From the NCBI GenBank assembly GCA_030427445.1, contig JAUIBQ010000001.1:25782-89781 (forward strand): 64,000 bases of DNA. Reading direction: 5' to 3'. The DNA comes from a bacterium. GTDB taxonomy: Bacteria; Patescibacteriota; Saccharimonadia; Saccharimonadales; SZUA-47. The stretch's first letter is position 1. Each line of letters begins with the position of its first letter. The notes under the pieces were generated by a model, which saw nothing but the letters and a program-made list of their open reading frames with translations, was not told the origin of the DNA and searched no databases. Made by a program: the position numbers and the translations under genes. Positions 9,963-19,816 of this stretch are shown in pieces.

Positions 9963-10379
9963 GTGGCGAAGAAAAAAGAAGAGAGTTCAAAGAAGCCAAG
10001 CACAAAGAAAGAGGTTAAAAAGCCTGTTTCTATGCGCGAATCAGCTGCAAAATCACGTGAAAAAGCGAGCCAGCCTAAGCGCGTACGTAAAGCAGCAACA
10101 GTTGCAAGTAAACCATTGAGTAAGACAGCAGAAGTAGCTACCAAGCAACGACACGTACTACCAAAGAGTGGAACCGACAGCTTCTGGCACCGCGAGCGTT
10201 CATTTGCACCAACATGGTTCAAGAATGCGTGGAACGAACTACGACAGGTGACATGGCCATCACGTCGTGAGACATGGCGTTTAGTACTTGCCGTATTTAT
10301 CTTTTCAGCACTTCTCAGCCTCTTCATCGCTTTGCTCGATAACGCATTAGAAACAATATTTAGAAACGTATTCCTATAG
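9963..10379 (+). CDS. secE: Preprotein translocase subunit SecE (long basic N-terminal tail)
   Basis: ELRQVTWPSRRET plus one TM helix; directly upstream of nusG. Confidence 0.93.
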   Translation: MAKKKEESSKKPSTKKEVKKPVSMRESAAKSREKASQPKRVRKAATVASKPLSKTAEVATKQRHVLPKSGTDSFWHRERSFAPTWFKNAWNELRQVTWPSRRETWRLVLAVFIFSALLSLFIALLDNALETIFRNVFL

Positions 10380-10397
10380 GATAACCAGGAGAAATTT

Positions 10398-10943
10398 ATG
10401 TCAAAACGATACGATACAAGTAAACAATGGTACGCAATCCACACCTACAGTGGATACGAAGAAAAAGTAGCTGAGAGCATCAAACAGCGCGCAGAGTCAC
10501 TCGATATGAATGACAAAATCATGCAAGTGCTCGTACCGAAAGAAAAAATGATTGAGATCAAAAACGGTAAAAGAAAAGTGGTTGAGAAAAAGATTTTCCA
10601 AGGCTATGTACTCGTCGAGATGAAAATGACAGAAGACGCATGGTACATCGTGCGAAACACACCGAGCGTTACTGGATTTGTTGGCTCAGGAAACGATCCT
10701 ACACCTATGAGCAATGATGAAGTTGAGAAAATCATGAAACGCATGGGCAAAGAAGAGCCTAAACACAAAATCGACTTCTCTGAAGGCGAAATCGTTAACA
10801 TCATCGATGGTCCGTTTAAAGGCTTTGATGGCTCTATTAGCGAGATTGACGAAGCGAAAGGTAAACTTAAAGTTCTCGTGAACATGTTTGGCCGTGAAAC
10901 ACCTGTCGAACTCGACGGTCTACAAGTAAAGAAGACTAATTAG
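10398..10943 (+). CDS. nusG: Transcription termination/antitermination factor NusG
   Basis: WYAIHTYSGYE, FQGYVLVEM, KOW motif, MFGRETPVEL. Confidence 0.98.
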   Translation: MSKRYDTSKQWYAIHTYSGYEEKVAESIKQRAESLDMNDKIMQVLVPKEKMIEIKNGKRKVVEKKIFQGYVLVEMKMTEDAWYIVRNTPSVTGFVGSGNDPTPMSNDEVEKIMKRMGKEEPKHKIDFSEGEIVNIIDGPFKGFDGSISEIDEAKGKLKVLVNMFGRETPVELDGLQVKKTN

Positions 10944-11052
10944 TTAAGTTTCAGTGCATTTGATTATTTATACAACTTTATAGTATAATCAATCTGTTAC
11001 GCACTCTGTTAGAGCTTCAACTTACTAACAGATAAGCAAAGGAAATATAATC

Positions 11053-11481
11053 GTGGCTAAAAAAGTTACAGCTAATTTGAAAATGAAAATCCGAGGTGGA
11101 CAAGCATCAGCGGCTCCTCCTGTAGGATCTACTCTTGGTCAGTACGGTGTAAACATGATGGATTTTATCAACCCGTTCAACGACGAGACAAAAGACATGA
11201 TGGGGCAGGACTTAACAGTTCACCTATCAATTTACGAAGACAAATCTATGTCTTGGAGAGTCGTTGGTACACCTACAGACGACCTTATCCGAAAAGCGCT
11301 TGGAATCGACAAAGGTTCTGGTCGACCTAACACAGAGAAAGTAAGCAAGAAGCTTACTGACGCTCAAGTTACTGAAATTGCAGAAGCAAAAGCAGCAGAC
11401 ATGAACACAAACCGGATTGATTCAGTTAAGAAAATGGTCGCTGGTACTGCTCGAAGTATGGGCGTCGAAGTCGAAGGCTAA
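11053..11481 (+). CDS. rplK: 50S ribosomal protein L11
   Basis: GQASAAPPVGSTLGQYGVN and GTARSMGV. Confidence 0.97.
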   Translation: MAKKVTANLKMKIRGGQASAAPPVGSTLGQYGVNMMDFINPFNDETKDMMGQDLTVHLSIYEDKSMSWRVVGTPTDDLIRKALGIDKGSGRPNTEKVSKKLTDAQVTEIAEAKAADMNTNRIDSVKKMVAGTARSMGVEVEG

Positions 11482-11489
11482 TAAAGGCT

Positions 11490-11717
11490 ATGGTGCCTTT
11501 TCATCACTCACCTCCAGAACAGTACGCTATTGCATTCGACACTCAACAAAGCATCGATGAATTAAAAGCATTGATTAGAAAATACAGGGCAGTAGTGAAA
11601 TTTCTCTTTACGACTGAAAAAACAAACCCTTATGACCAAGATCTTGAATCACCGTACTTCGAAGATAGAGTAGAAATACTCAGAGGCATGGTTGAGCAAG
11701 AAGGACCTAAAGGATGA
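11490..11717 (+). CDS. Hypothetical protein
   Basis: 8 bp after rplK; ATGA overlap with the next ORF. Confidence 0.55.
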   Translation: MVPFHHSPPEQYAIAFDTQQSIDELKALIRKYRAVVKFLFTTEKTNPYDQDLESPYFEDRVEILRGMVEQEGPKG

Positions 11718-11983
11718 GTGAAAACGCACCAAAAGAAGAAAACCAGAAGCCAACCATTGAAGTTTTTACTGATGACGAGCTAAAACAGCTTAAGGATGCT
11801 AACAAGCGACACAAAGCTGAAGAACTACAAAAATTGTTAAAACGCATTAAAGCACTGGATGCGATGGATGCTGCATATGATGAAAAGGCAGCTGCTCTAC
11901 GCGTAAACATGCGCAAACAACTTGGCAAATACGGCATAATAAGTGTTAGTAAGACAAAAATCTCTGACGATGACGATGAGTAG
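11714..11983 (+). CDS. Hypothetical coiled-coil protein
   Basis: Translationally coupled; charged helical sequence. Confidence 0.6.
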   Translation: MSENAPKEENQKPTIEVFTDDELKQLKDANKRHKAEELQKLLKRIKALDAMDAAYDEKAAALRVNMRKQLGKYGIISVSKTKISDDDDE

Positions 11984-12019
11984 TTTGACACCGATTAAAT
12001 CGTGTGTTTAATTTAAGTT

Positions 12020-12235
12020 ATGAATGACTCACGTAAAAAAATATTCATGAGCGACGGAGATCCTACTGGCGGCCCTGAAGCTTTTGATTTAGATATATCA
12101 AATGAGCACGACAGACTTCAGTGGCAGCGCGAAACTGGAGAAATGCCTATCATCGATGTTACTTCCGAAAAACCGATGGGTACCCATAATATGCCTGAAG
12201 TCGAAGTCGAACATCTAGAGAGTAGAGGGTATTAG
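12020..12235 (+). CDS. Hypothetical protein
   Basis: TTGACA...TTTAAT promoter just upstream of the ATG. Confidence 0.55.
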   Translation: MNDSRKKIFMSDGDPTGGPEAFDLDISNEHDRLQWQRETGEMPIIDVTSEKPMGTHNMPEVEVEHLESRGY

Positions 12236-12239
12236 AAAC

Positions 12240-12587
12240 ATGTCACGAATCCAAGAGTTAGACATAGACCTACCATTCATAGATAGAATCTACCCTTACG
12301 CACAAGAATTTAATGGAGATACGGCAGCAATCGCTGCGCATTTTTATGATGAAGAAATCATAATAGGAGCCTTAGAACTAGCTACACAGGGTGAGCTACC
12401 AATGACACAATCAGAAAGAGTTCGCACAAGGATAAAATATATAGCAGGCAATATAATGCATGTTTTAACGAAGCCACTAGAAGGATCTGTTCTCACCACT
12501 GGTAAGCCAGAACTAACTCATGAACGAGCAAGGACCGTGGCAAATAAATATTGCACTGAAAGAATAGTGAATACTACTGTTTTGTAG
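12240..12587 (+). CDS. Hypothetical protein
   Basis: 115-aa ORF 4 bp after the previous gene. Confidence 0.55.
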   Translation: MSRIQELDIDLPFIDRIYPYAQEFNGDTAAIAAHFYDEEIIIGALELATQGELPMTQSERVRTRIKYIAGNIMHVLTKPLEGSVLTTGKPELTHERARTVANKYCTERIVNTTVL

Positions 12588-12613
12588 TATAATAACACTT
12601 ACAAATTAACCAC

Positions 12614-12643
12614 GTGGGAGAGCTAGAAACTCGTTACCACCAC
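12614..12643 (+). promoter_or_regulatory. Putative L1-binding autoregulatory leader
   Basis: GTGGGAG...hairpin...TTACCAC directly before the rplA RBS, resembling L1 mRNA binding sites. Confidence 0.6.
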
Positions 12644-12657
12644 AAAGGAGTACAACT

Positions 12658-13636
12658 ATGGCTAAGAAAGCCGATTTATTAGAGCAAGCAAACAAGCTTG
12701 GACTCGAAGTAACAGAAAAAAACACTATTGCAGAAATCGAAGCTGCAATCGCTGAGAGCGAAAACGCTACTGACGCAACTGAATCCAAGACTGATGACAA
12801 ACCTCTAGCAAAATCAGGCAAGCGAAGCGCTAAAGGTATCGCTGAAGCTGAAGCTAAGCAAGAAAAAATCGAAAAACAACACACTCGTGAAGAAGATGAA
12901 GCAGCGGAAGCTAACTCTAAGCCACGTTACGAGCAGAAAACTCGTTCGAAACTAGAGCGAGCTGGTAAGAAATACCGTGCAGCTGCAGAAAAAGTTGAAA
13001 AGGGCAAAGAGTACGGAGCTAAAGAAGCGCTTGACCTTGCTACACAGACATCTACAACCAAGTTTGACGCAACTGTTGAAGTACACGTGCGTCTTAACGT
13101 AGATCCTAAGCAAGCAGACCAGAATATCCGCGAAACTATCGTCCTACCAGAAGGAACAGGTAAGGAAGTCCGTGTCGCTGTATTTGCTGAAGCAGACGAT
13201 GTAAAAGCAGCAAAAGCTGCTGGTGCTGACGTAGCTGGCGCAGATGAATTCTTACAGCAACTTGATAAAGAAATTATCGACTTTGACGTACTGATCGCAA
13301 CTCCTGCAGTTATGCCAAAACTTGGTAAATACGCACGTACACTTGGTCCAAAAGGACTTATGCCGAACCCTAAGAGCGGCACAGTAACGACCGATGTAGC
13401 AGCAGCTATCAAGCAAGCTAAGGCCGGTAAAGTAGAGTTTCGTGTCGACGAAAAAGGTATCGTACACCTTGGAGTCGGTAAAGTAAGCTTCGGTACAGAC
13501 CGACTCTTCAAAAACCTACAAGCTGTGTTCACTACACTGCAAAATGCCAGGATCGATCAAAGGAAACTACGTAAAATCAATTTACGTAACTTCAAGCATG
13601 GGTCCAAGCATCAAGGTCCTCACAAGCGAACTGTAA
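12658..13636 (+). CDS. rplA: 50S ribosomal protein L1 with N-terminal extension; frameshift at ~13548 in this sequence
   Basis: KFDATVE and LGPKGLMPNPKSGTVT; the canonical C-terminus SIKGNYVKSIYVTSSMGPSIKV lies in another frame and stops at 13634-13636. Confidence 0.93.
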
Positions 13637-13654
13637 AAAGTACAGCAAGAAACA

Positions 13655-13689
13655 GCAAACTCCCGTCGCGTAACGATGGGAGTTTTTGC
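13655..13689 (+). terminator. Intrinsic terminator after rplA
   Basis: AAACTCCCGTCG-loop-CGATGGGAGTTTTT. Confidence 0.75.
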
Positions 13690-13704
13690 TATGATACATT
13701 CAAT

Positions 13705-14358
13705 ATGATCAAAACTAGCCCGGAGCAATATGTACAGCTGCCGGATAATCCAGTCGAACAAGAACACGCTACTCTCTGGTTACGGCCTAACCAGCCTACC
13801 GAACATCCGAGAGAACTACACCTACCTATCTTCGCAGTGATAGAGGACGACGTTGTTCTGTTGCAAGCTCGTAGGGGAGCAATCCCGACTGTTCCTACTG
13901 TTGTTTTATGTTCCTCCGACCACCCAGACCCACAGCCAACTAACGGATGGAGCATCATCGAGAATGGCAAGTACGTCACATCAACGCACCTAGTTAACCG
14001 GTTTGTGGGTGAACATCTCATGCCGGATACAGACCGTACAGAAGTAGATACAGGTTTTATAGGATGTTACAAAGCTAAATCAATAGACCTACCAGAAAGA
14101 GCTCGATTCGTGGGGCCCGCAGCTTTATCCACCGCAAAAACTATGGTGAATGTTAAGCAGATACCATTTACAGCAGAGCTAGACGGTAATCAGACATTAT
14201 CAGAAACATACGATGGCCAGTTTATTAGACGAATGAATGTAAACTCCGTGCTGGACCAGATAGAACATATAGCACGAACAAGCAACCTCCCTGAAGGCTT
14301 AGGAGAGATGGAGCAGTTACTGCGAAAAATTAATAAATTTAGAGATTGCAGAGTATAA
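13705..14358 (+). CDS. Hypothetical protein (appears fused to L1 in the ORF track)
   Basis: Own TATGAT -10 box and ATG downstream of the rplA terminator. Confidence 0.65.
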   Translation: MIKTSPEQYVQLPDNPVEQEHATLWLRPNQPTEHPRELHLPIFAVIEDDVVLLQARRGAIPTVPTVVLCSSDHPDPQPTNGWSIIENGKYVTSTHLVNRFVGEHLMPDTDRTEVDTGFIGCYKAKSIDLPERARFVGPAALSTAKTMVNVKQIPFTAELDGNQTLSETYDGQFIRRMNVNSVLDQIEHIARTSNLPEGLGEMEQLLRKINKFRDCRV

Positions 14359-14385
14359 GCAACTTTTATATTAAAAGAAAGAATT

Positions 14386-14826
14386 ATGGCAGAAAAACCG
14401 ACATTAAAAACTTCCACAATATGGGTCAATCACATGACTGACGATGGTGAGCTACGTACTTTAATGCATCTTCATGAAAATGAAGGTATATGGTTACCTC
14501 CTGGAGGAAAAGTAGAACCTCTAGAAACACAATACGATGCTGCGCTACGTGAGCTTGAAGAAGAGACAGGTCTTACAACAGACATGATAGCGTTTATCAG
14601 CGGAGTAATCGACACAGGTGACAAAGTGAGACCATTTTGGGAATCGCCACTGCCACACCTTCAGGCAGTTGATTACGGCTTTTTAGCTGTACTTGCATCT
14701 GATGTTATCGAGATTCCTGGTTTTAGGTGGTTGTCAGCGAGCGAATTTGAACATGCAAAGACTAACCAAAATGTACGCGACATAACTCGCCACAGCTTTG
14801 AATTAGTTCAAGCACATGTGGCGTAG
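14386..14826 (+). CDS. NUDIX hydrolase
   Basis: Nudix box GGKVEPLETQYDAALRELEEETGL. Confidence 0.93.
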   Translation: MAEKPTLKTSTIWVNHMTDDGELRTLMHLHENEGIWLPPGGKVEPLETQYDAALRELEEETGLTTDMIAFISGVIDTGDKVRPFWESPLPHLQAVDYGFLAVLASDVIEIPGFRWLSASEFEHAKTNQNVRDITRHSFELVQAHVA

Positions 14827-14920
14827 ACAAAACTACTTCGTTTTCTTTAGCGCTTATGCTTGGCAAATACCCACTAGATTAACTACACTTGTTAACATAT
14901 AAAGGTTTAGAGGGATTTAC

Positions 14921-15676
14921 GTGGACGAAAGTACTTCAAATATACTGCCTAATTTTGCGATTGGTGGTGTGTATAGCAACAAACAAATCAAAGAAGCTAT
15001 CAAAACAGGGCATATTGTTTGTACTCCGTATGAAGAAAAACATGTTGCTCACGCAAGTTTGGATGTCACGCTCGGCTACTACTATTACCGCACGGGGCAA
15101 GCTCAGCGTGGATACATCTACAACCCCTTTGATCAGCGTGATGTTGCTCGCTATTTCGGAGAAACACAGCAAGCGGTGATACACCAAGATTGGTGCGACC
15201 AAAATGGCGTGAAACTCTTCGACAACATCCCAGCAGACCACCCTGTTATTCCACTGCGCCCAGGTGAGCGGATCTTGGCACACACGCATGAATTTTTTGG
15301 CATTAAACCACCTGGGGCTTATATGGTAAAAGCTCGCTCAAGCTGGGGCAGAAATGGTGTTTCTGTTTGTTTCGACGCTGGATGGGTAGATCCTGGCTAT
15401 ATCAACAGGCTTACATTAGAAATCTACAACTTAAACGAGCACGAAACAGTGTTGCTACCAGTTGGTGAACGTATTGCACAGGCTGTATTCTTGCACACTG
15501 GCCCAGTAGAGGGTAGCTACGGCCAAGGCCGCGATGGAGGATTTAGTGGCAAGTACCAACAAGGCGATGACTTAGACGAAATCATCCGCTCGTGGACACC
15601 TGATCAAATGCTTCCACGAGCATACAAAGATGGGCGAAAACTCCCTGGTGATATCGAAGGATTGAAAGCACGATGA
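14921..15676 (+). CDS. dcd: dCTP deaminase
   Basis: ASLDVTLG, ARSSWGR, AGWVDPGY, LTLEIYN, GKYQ. Confidence 0.9.
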   Translation: MDESTSNILPNFAIGGVYSNKQIKEAIKTGHIVCTPYEEKHVAHASLDVTLGYYYYRTGQAQRGYIYNPFDQRDVARYFGETQQAVIHQDWCDQNGVKLFDNIPADHPVIPLRPGERILAHTHEFFGIKPPGAYMVKARSSWGRNGVSVCFDAGWVDPGYINRLTLEIYNLNEHETVLLPVGERIAQAVFLHTGPVEGSYGQGRDGGFSGKYQQGDDLDEIIRSWTPDQMLPRAYKDGRKLPGDIEGLKAR

Positions 15677-15689
15677 GCAATAGAAAAAC

Positions 15690-16481
15690 ATGGCGTACAC
15701 TCTAAGACCTCCAGAACTATCACAGCTAGAAGTAGAACCTGAGTTTCAAGCTCATGGACAAATTTGGACTATAGATAGTTATCGTGAGCCATTCAGCAAG
15801 ACAGCACATGCTCAAAATCTTAGGGATATGGAGCCACGGTTCACAAATAATTACGCTTTTGGTGACTTGGATAAATTTCGTGAATTAATGGGAATGGACG
15901 TCGACCCATATGAACATGGACCTTATCAAACACGAACAGTGACGGTACCACTCCTAAACAGACAACGAAATACTGACTCTTTTGGGGTTACTAAGCTAAC
16001 GCGTAGTCTCATACTACCTTATAGCATCACACATGACGATCATGAAGGCACGCACGCCAAAATAGAACACAGAAAGAAAGACGTGGCATATACAGACCAA
16101 ACTCTAGAAAATAAGCAAAGAGAGTGGATTACTTGGGAGGAAGTGACTATAGAAACTCATGGCGATATTTCAACGACAGCTCACCGAAAAAATTGTCGCA
16201 AATTTGCAGGCCCTCAAGCAAGCATGTCTGAAAGAAAGTTATTATGGGATTCAATCGAGAGAATAGGGTATTTTCTTACAGCAATGAGAGGATGGCAGGT
16301 ATACCAACACGAGCCGGGATTATTAAAGGCTGAGAGAGACACGATCAAGAAGCTTGCTATTGATGTTTTTGGAAGACATATTGATTTTATAGAAGAGACG
16401 AGAGACAAAATAGTATTCTCAGATGACGTGCTAAATGGATTGGCCAAGAATGTTAAAGAGTTAAGGAGTGCAACAAGATGA
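15690..16481 (+). CDS. Putative HD-domain phosphohydrolase
   Basis: EH...ITHDDHEG (HDxxE) pattern; coupled to tmk-thyX by an ATGA overlap. Confidence 0.5.
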   Translation: MAYTLRPPELSQLEVEPEFQAHGQIWTIDSYREPFSKTAHAQNLRDMEPRFTNNYAFGDLDKFRELMGMDVDPYEHGPYQTRTVTVPLLNRQRNTDSFGVTKLTRSLILPYSITHDDHEGTHAKIEHRKKDVAYTDQTLENKQREWITWEEVTIETHGDISTTAHRKNCRKFAGPQASMSERKLLWDSIERIGYFLTAMRGWQVYQHEPGLLKAERDTIKKLAIDVFGRHIDFIEETRDKIVFSDDVLNGLAKNVKELRSATR

Positions 16482-18838
16482 ACGGGAGATTTTTTGTAAT
16501 TGAAGGAACTGACGGGTCGGGCAAAGCAACTCAGAGCAAATTGTTAATCGAAAGACTAGTCAAAGAAGGCTATGATGTCGTCACGCTTGATTTTCCACAA
16601 TACGACAGTGACTCTAGTTATTTTGTTCGTGAGTACTTAGCAGGCAACTACGGTACTCTTGATGAAGTGAGTCCTTACTCAGCAACCGCGTTTTATGCAC
16701 TTGACCGCTATTCAGTAAAACTTGAAGTGCAAAAAGCACTTGATGAAGGAAAAGTGGTTATCAGCAATCGGTATGTTGGTAGTAATATGGCCCACCAAGG
16801 ATCGAAGTTTACTAAGAAAGAAGACCGACGCGGATTTTTCTTATGGAATGACAGCTTTGAGTTCGAGCTTCTCGGCTTACCACGACCGACTGCAAGTATC
16901 GTGCTCGTCGTAGATGAAGAGACGACTCTGAACCTTATCGAAGAACGCTCTAAAAACGACAACCGTAAAAAAGACATTCACGAAGCAGATCCGAATCACA
17001 TTAAGAAATCGATTGAGACATATTTAGACCTTACGTCACTCTTCAAGAAGGACTTTATCCGCATCGACTGTTCTCGCAACAAGAAACTTATGACTCGTGA
17101 GCAAGTCCACAATTTAGTATGGTTTGTAGTTGAGAAAATGCTTCATGATGCACCTAATCCATATGGAGAAGGAAGCGTTTCTGAGATTACTTCAAGTCAA
17201 AATGGCGTGGAATCCAAAGAAGTTAAAAGCTCAAATGGCGTGAAATCAGGAGAAAAACTAGTTGAAAAACTCGACTCCGGAGTGACTGTCATGACTGAAG
17301 CTGGGAAAGAATATTTACGAGCGTACATCACTTCAACTGAAAGCAATGTATACGCGTTTAACGATCAAATTAGTCCAGTAACTATCGCAGCAGCCATGGC
17401 ACGACTCAGCCGTCGCGGTGACGACATGCGTGTCACAATCTTGGATGAATTTGCAAGCGAAGATGCACGTAAGGATGAGAAGCTGTTGCAGCGCGTCATT
17501 ACAGCATATGGAGATGACTCCGTACAGCAGCTCGTCGGTCAACACGTAGTTGTAGAAGGTGCGAGCAACTTACTTACGAAAAAACTAGAGTGGGGAAGAC
17601 TTGCCAGCTACTTAGAGCAGTCAACACGCTACATTTACTTTGATCAGAAAGATGAAGATGGCAACTATAAATACGTCATACCAAGTGGCATGAGTCCTAA
17701 AACAAAGCTTAAATACATCCAAACGATAGATAAGATTTTTGATCTGTACTCTACGATGGTGCGTAAGCTGACTGATTACTGTCGAGAGCAATCTACTGTC
17801 CCGCAAGAGGAGCGTGATGTTGCGTGGAAGGGTGCAACTCGCGCACAAGCATGCGATGCAGTGCGCCCTGTACTACCAGTCGCCACGAAATCTACAGTGG
17901 GTATATTCGCGAGTGGTCAAGCTTTAGAAAACATGATTATGAACCTCCTCGCTGATGAACTGCCTGAGTCACGAGAGACTGGTCAGAAGATTCTAGACCA
18001 GAGCAGAAGCGTACTAAAGACATTCTTAGAACGTGCAGATAAGCCAGAACGAGGTGGCGCAACGGTTGCCTACAGAAGTGAGACCAAAGCTGGGGTGAAA
18101 AAGCTCGCTGATGAGATGCTGCCTACGACGCATTCACATGAAGAAACTGGCGCGACACTAACAAGCTACTGGCCGAAGAATGAGCTGGATCTTGTGCCGA
18201 ATATTCTCTACGAGCACTCTGACATGAGCTTGCAGAACATCACCAAGGCAGTTGAAGAGTGGAGCTACTCTGAGAAAGAAAAAGTCTTTACAGCCTATGT
18301 TGGGGAACGGCTTAATCGTCGCCACAAGCCAGGGCGAGCATTCGAAGTGGCTCACTACAGCTGGGACATTATCTGCGACTACGGGATTTTCAGAGACCTA
18401 CAGCGACATCGTTTAGTTGACGACCTTAACTGGCAGAAACTTACGCCTCGATACGGTTACGACACACCTCAGCTTATCCAAGATGCTGACCTCACAGATA
18501 TGTTTGATGAATGCTTCGAGCTAAGCCTCAGGCTGCATGGTGAATTAATGGCCGAAGGGCTCGAAGACACTGCTCAGTATGCGACACTCTTAGGCCACAA
18601 GATGCGATGGAAGATTACGTACAACGCACGCCAAGCATTTCACTTCCACGAGCTACGCACAACTCCACATGGCCATCCTGGGTACCGTAAACTTGTCAAA
18701 GAAATGCACGAAAAAGTCGCAGAAAAGCATCCACTCATTGGAGCTGCGATGAAATTCGTTAACCAAGATGAAGATCCTGAGCTAACACGCCTCGCCGCAG
18801 AGAGATATACACAGTTTAAGTTGAATAAACTAAGCTAA
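16478..18838 (+). CDS. tmk-thyX: Fused thymidylate kinase and FAD-dependent thymidylate synthase (tandem ThyX domains)
   Basis: N-terminal EGTDGSGKATQ, FPQY, NRY; C-terminal EQSTRY, FRDLQRHR, ELRT; 786 aa uninterrupted. Confidence 0.9.
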   Translation: MNGRFFVIEGTDGSGKATQSKLLIERLVKEGYDVVTLDFPQYDSDSSYFVREYLAGNYGTLDEVSPYSATAFYALDRYSVKLEVQKALDEGKVVISNRYVGSNMAHQGSKFTKKEDRRGFFLWNDSFEFELLGLPRPTASIVLVVDEETTLNLIEERSKNDNRKKDIHEADPNHIKKSIETYLDLTSLFKKDFIRIDCSRNKKLMTREQVHNLVWFVVEKMLHDAPNPYGEGSVSEITSSQNGVESKEVKSSNGVKSGEKLVEKLDSGVTVMTEAGKEYLRAYITSTESNVYAFNDQISPVTIAAAMARLSRRGDDMRVTILDEFASEDARKDEKLLQRVITAYGDDSVQQLVGQHVVVEGASNLLTKKLEWGRLASYLEQSTRYIYFDQKDEDGNYKYVIPSGMSPKTKLKYIQTIDKIFDLYSTMVRKLTDYCREQSTVPQEERDVAWKGATRAQACDAVRPVLPVATKSTVGIFASGQALENMIMNLLADELPESRETGQKILDQSRSVLKTFLERADKPERGGATVAYRSETKAGVKKLADEMLPTTHSHEETGATLTSYWPKNELDLVPNILYEHSDMSLQNITKAVEEWSYSEKEKVFTAYVGERLNRRHKPGRAFEVAHYSWDIICDYGIFRDLQRHRLVDDLNWQKLTPRYGYDTPQLIQDADLTDMFDECFELSLRLHGELMAEGLEDTAQYATLLGHKMRWKITYNARQAFHFHELRTTPHGHPGYRKLVKEMHEKVAEKHPLIGAAMKFVNQDEDPELTRLAAERYTQFKLNKLS
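17200..17246 (+). repeat. 47-bp dispersed repeat, copy 1 (in frame in the tmk-thyX linker)
   Basis: AAATGGCGTGGAATCCAAAGAAGTTAAAAGCTCAAATGGCGTGAAAT. Confidence 0.8.
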
Positions 18839-18839
18839 C

Positions 18840-19565
18840 CTACAGTGACAGTAGCTGAACGTCACCTACGTATTTTTGAGCTTCATTTGCCGATAAGACA
18901 GCGAATGTGGTGAGTGATCGTAAATTCGTTGGAGCATACTGACCATAATGCGTTGGATAAAAATTAGAATACTCGTTAAACGCACCATTTTCTACATCTA
19001 CGTCCATGCATTGAGCAACCAGTAAACCACCTGCACCATGAGCGATAACTTCTGGAGCAGAGAATCTGTATTCGGAATTAATTTTACTCTTGTCTAAGAT
19101 TTCGATGTCACGGGTACGATTCAGCACATTTAGTCCATAAAGATATCCTTTGTACATTGGATTGTTGGCTAGCAACAGTTCGTCATCTTCTCCGAAGAAG
19201 AATGGATAAGGCATCTCTTTAGTTCGTGTGTCATCATTGTCTGTATCATCAGTAATATCATGTGTTATAAAGGTTCTAGGCTGCTCATCACCAGTTAGTT
19301 GAGCTACTGTATGAACGATTAAATCAAAGCCTTTCAAAGAAGGGTGAGTTGCTTGTTTTACTTGCTCAGGAGTCTTACCGTTCATATAAGTTAACGGTAC
19401 TTCTCCAGTAATTTTTTGACGTTCATAAAATTCAGGATCAAAACTTTCTAAAGTAGTGATCACTTTTTTTCTACTTGCATCGTCAGGTAACACACCAAAT
19501 AACTGAATTTGCTGTTCATATGTAGAAGGGTCGTTCTCACGAATAAGTCTAATGCTTTTACTCAT
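18840..19565 (-). CDS. Hypothetical protein
   Basis: 241-aa ORF with TATAAT upstream of the ATG. Confidence 0.65.
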   Translation of the reverse strand: MSKSIRLIRENDPSTYEQQIQLFGVLPDDASRKKVITTLESFDPEFYERQKITGEVPLTYMNGKTPEQVKQATHPSLKGFDLIVHTVAQLTGDEQPRTFITHDITDDTDNDDTRTKEMPYPFFFGEDDELLLANNPMYKGYLYGLNVLNRTRDIEILDKSKINSEYRFSAPEVIAHGAGGLLVAQCMDVDVENGAFNEYSNFYPTHYGQYAPTNLRSLTTFAVLSANEAQKYVGDVQLLSL

Positions 19566-19816
19566 ACAGCATAACATTATAGCATATTTACTACATTTAA
19601 GCAATAGCAACATACTTTATACTTGACATGTATTAAAACTACGAGTAATCTAAAAACCATTGTGAAAACTTTAATCAACTCAGTTAAGAACCTCGTGATT
19701 CTCGTGAAGAGGCTAGGTTTGTATTGGGTTGAAGTATAAATAAAAGACAAACACTAGCCGACAACCACAAATCTTCAGCCCAATAGCTGAAGATTTTTAT
19801 TTTAAGGAGACGAAAA

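Noticed and set aside
12658..14358. 566-aa L1 fusion protein as a genuine novel fusion
   Set aside because: The canonical L1 tail, stop, terminator and a separate promoter and ATG are all present; a frameshift explains it better.
15201..15214. AAAATGGCGTGAAA in dcd (and a similar match near 2084-2097) as extra repeat copies
   Set aside because: Only one box matches, and it is explained by N-G-V-K codons.
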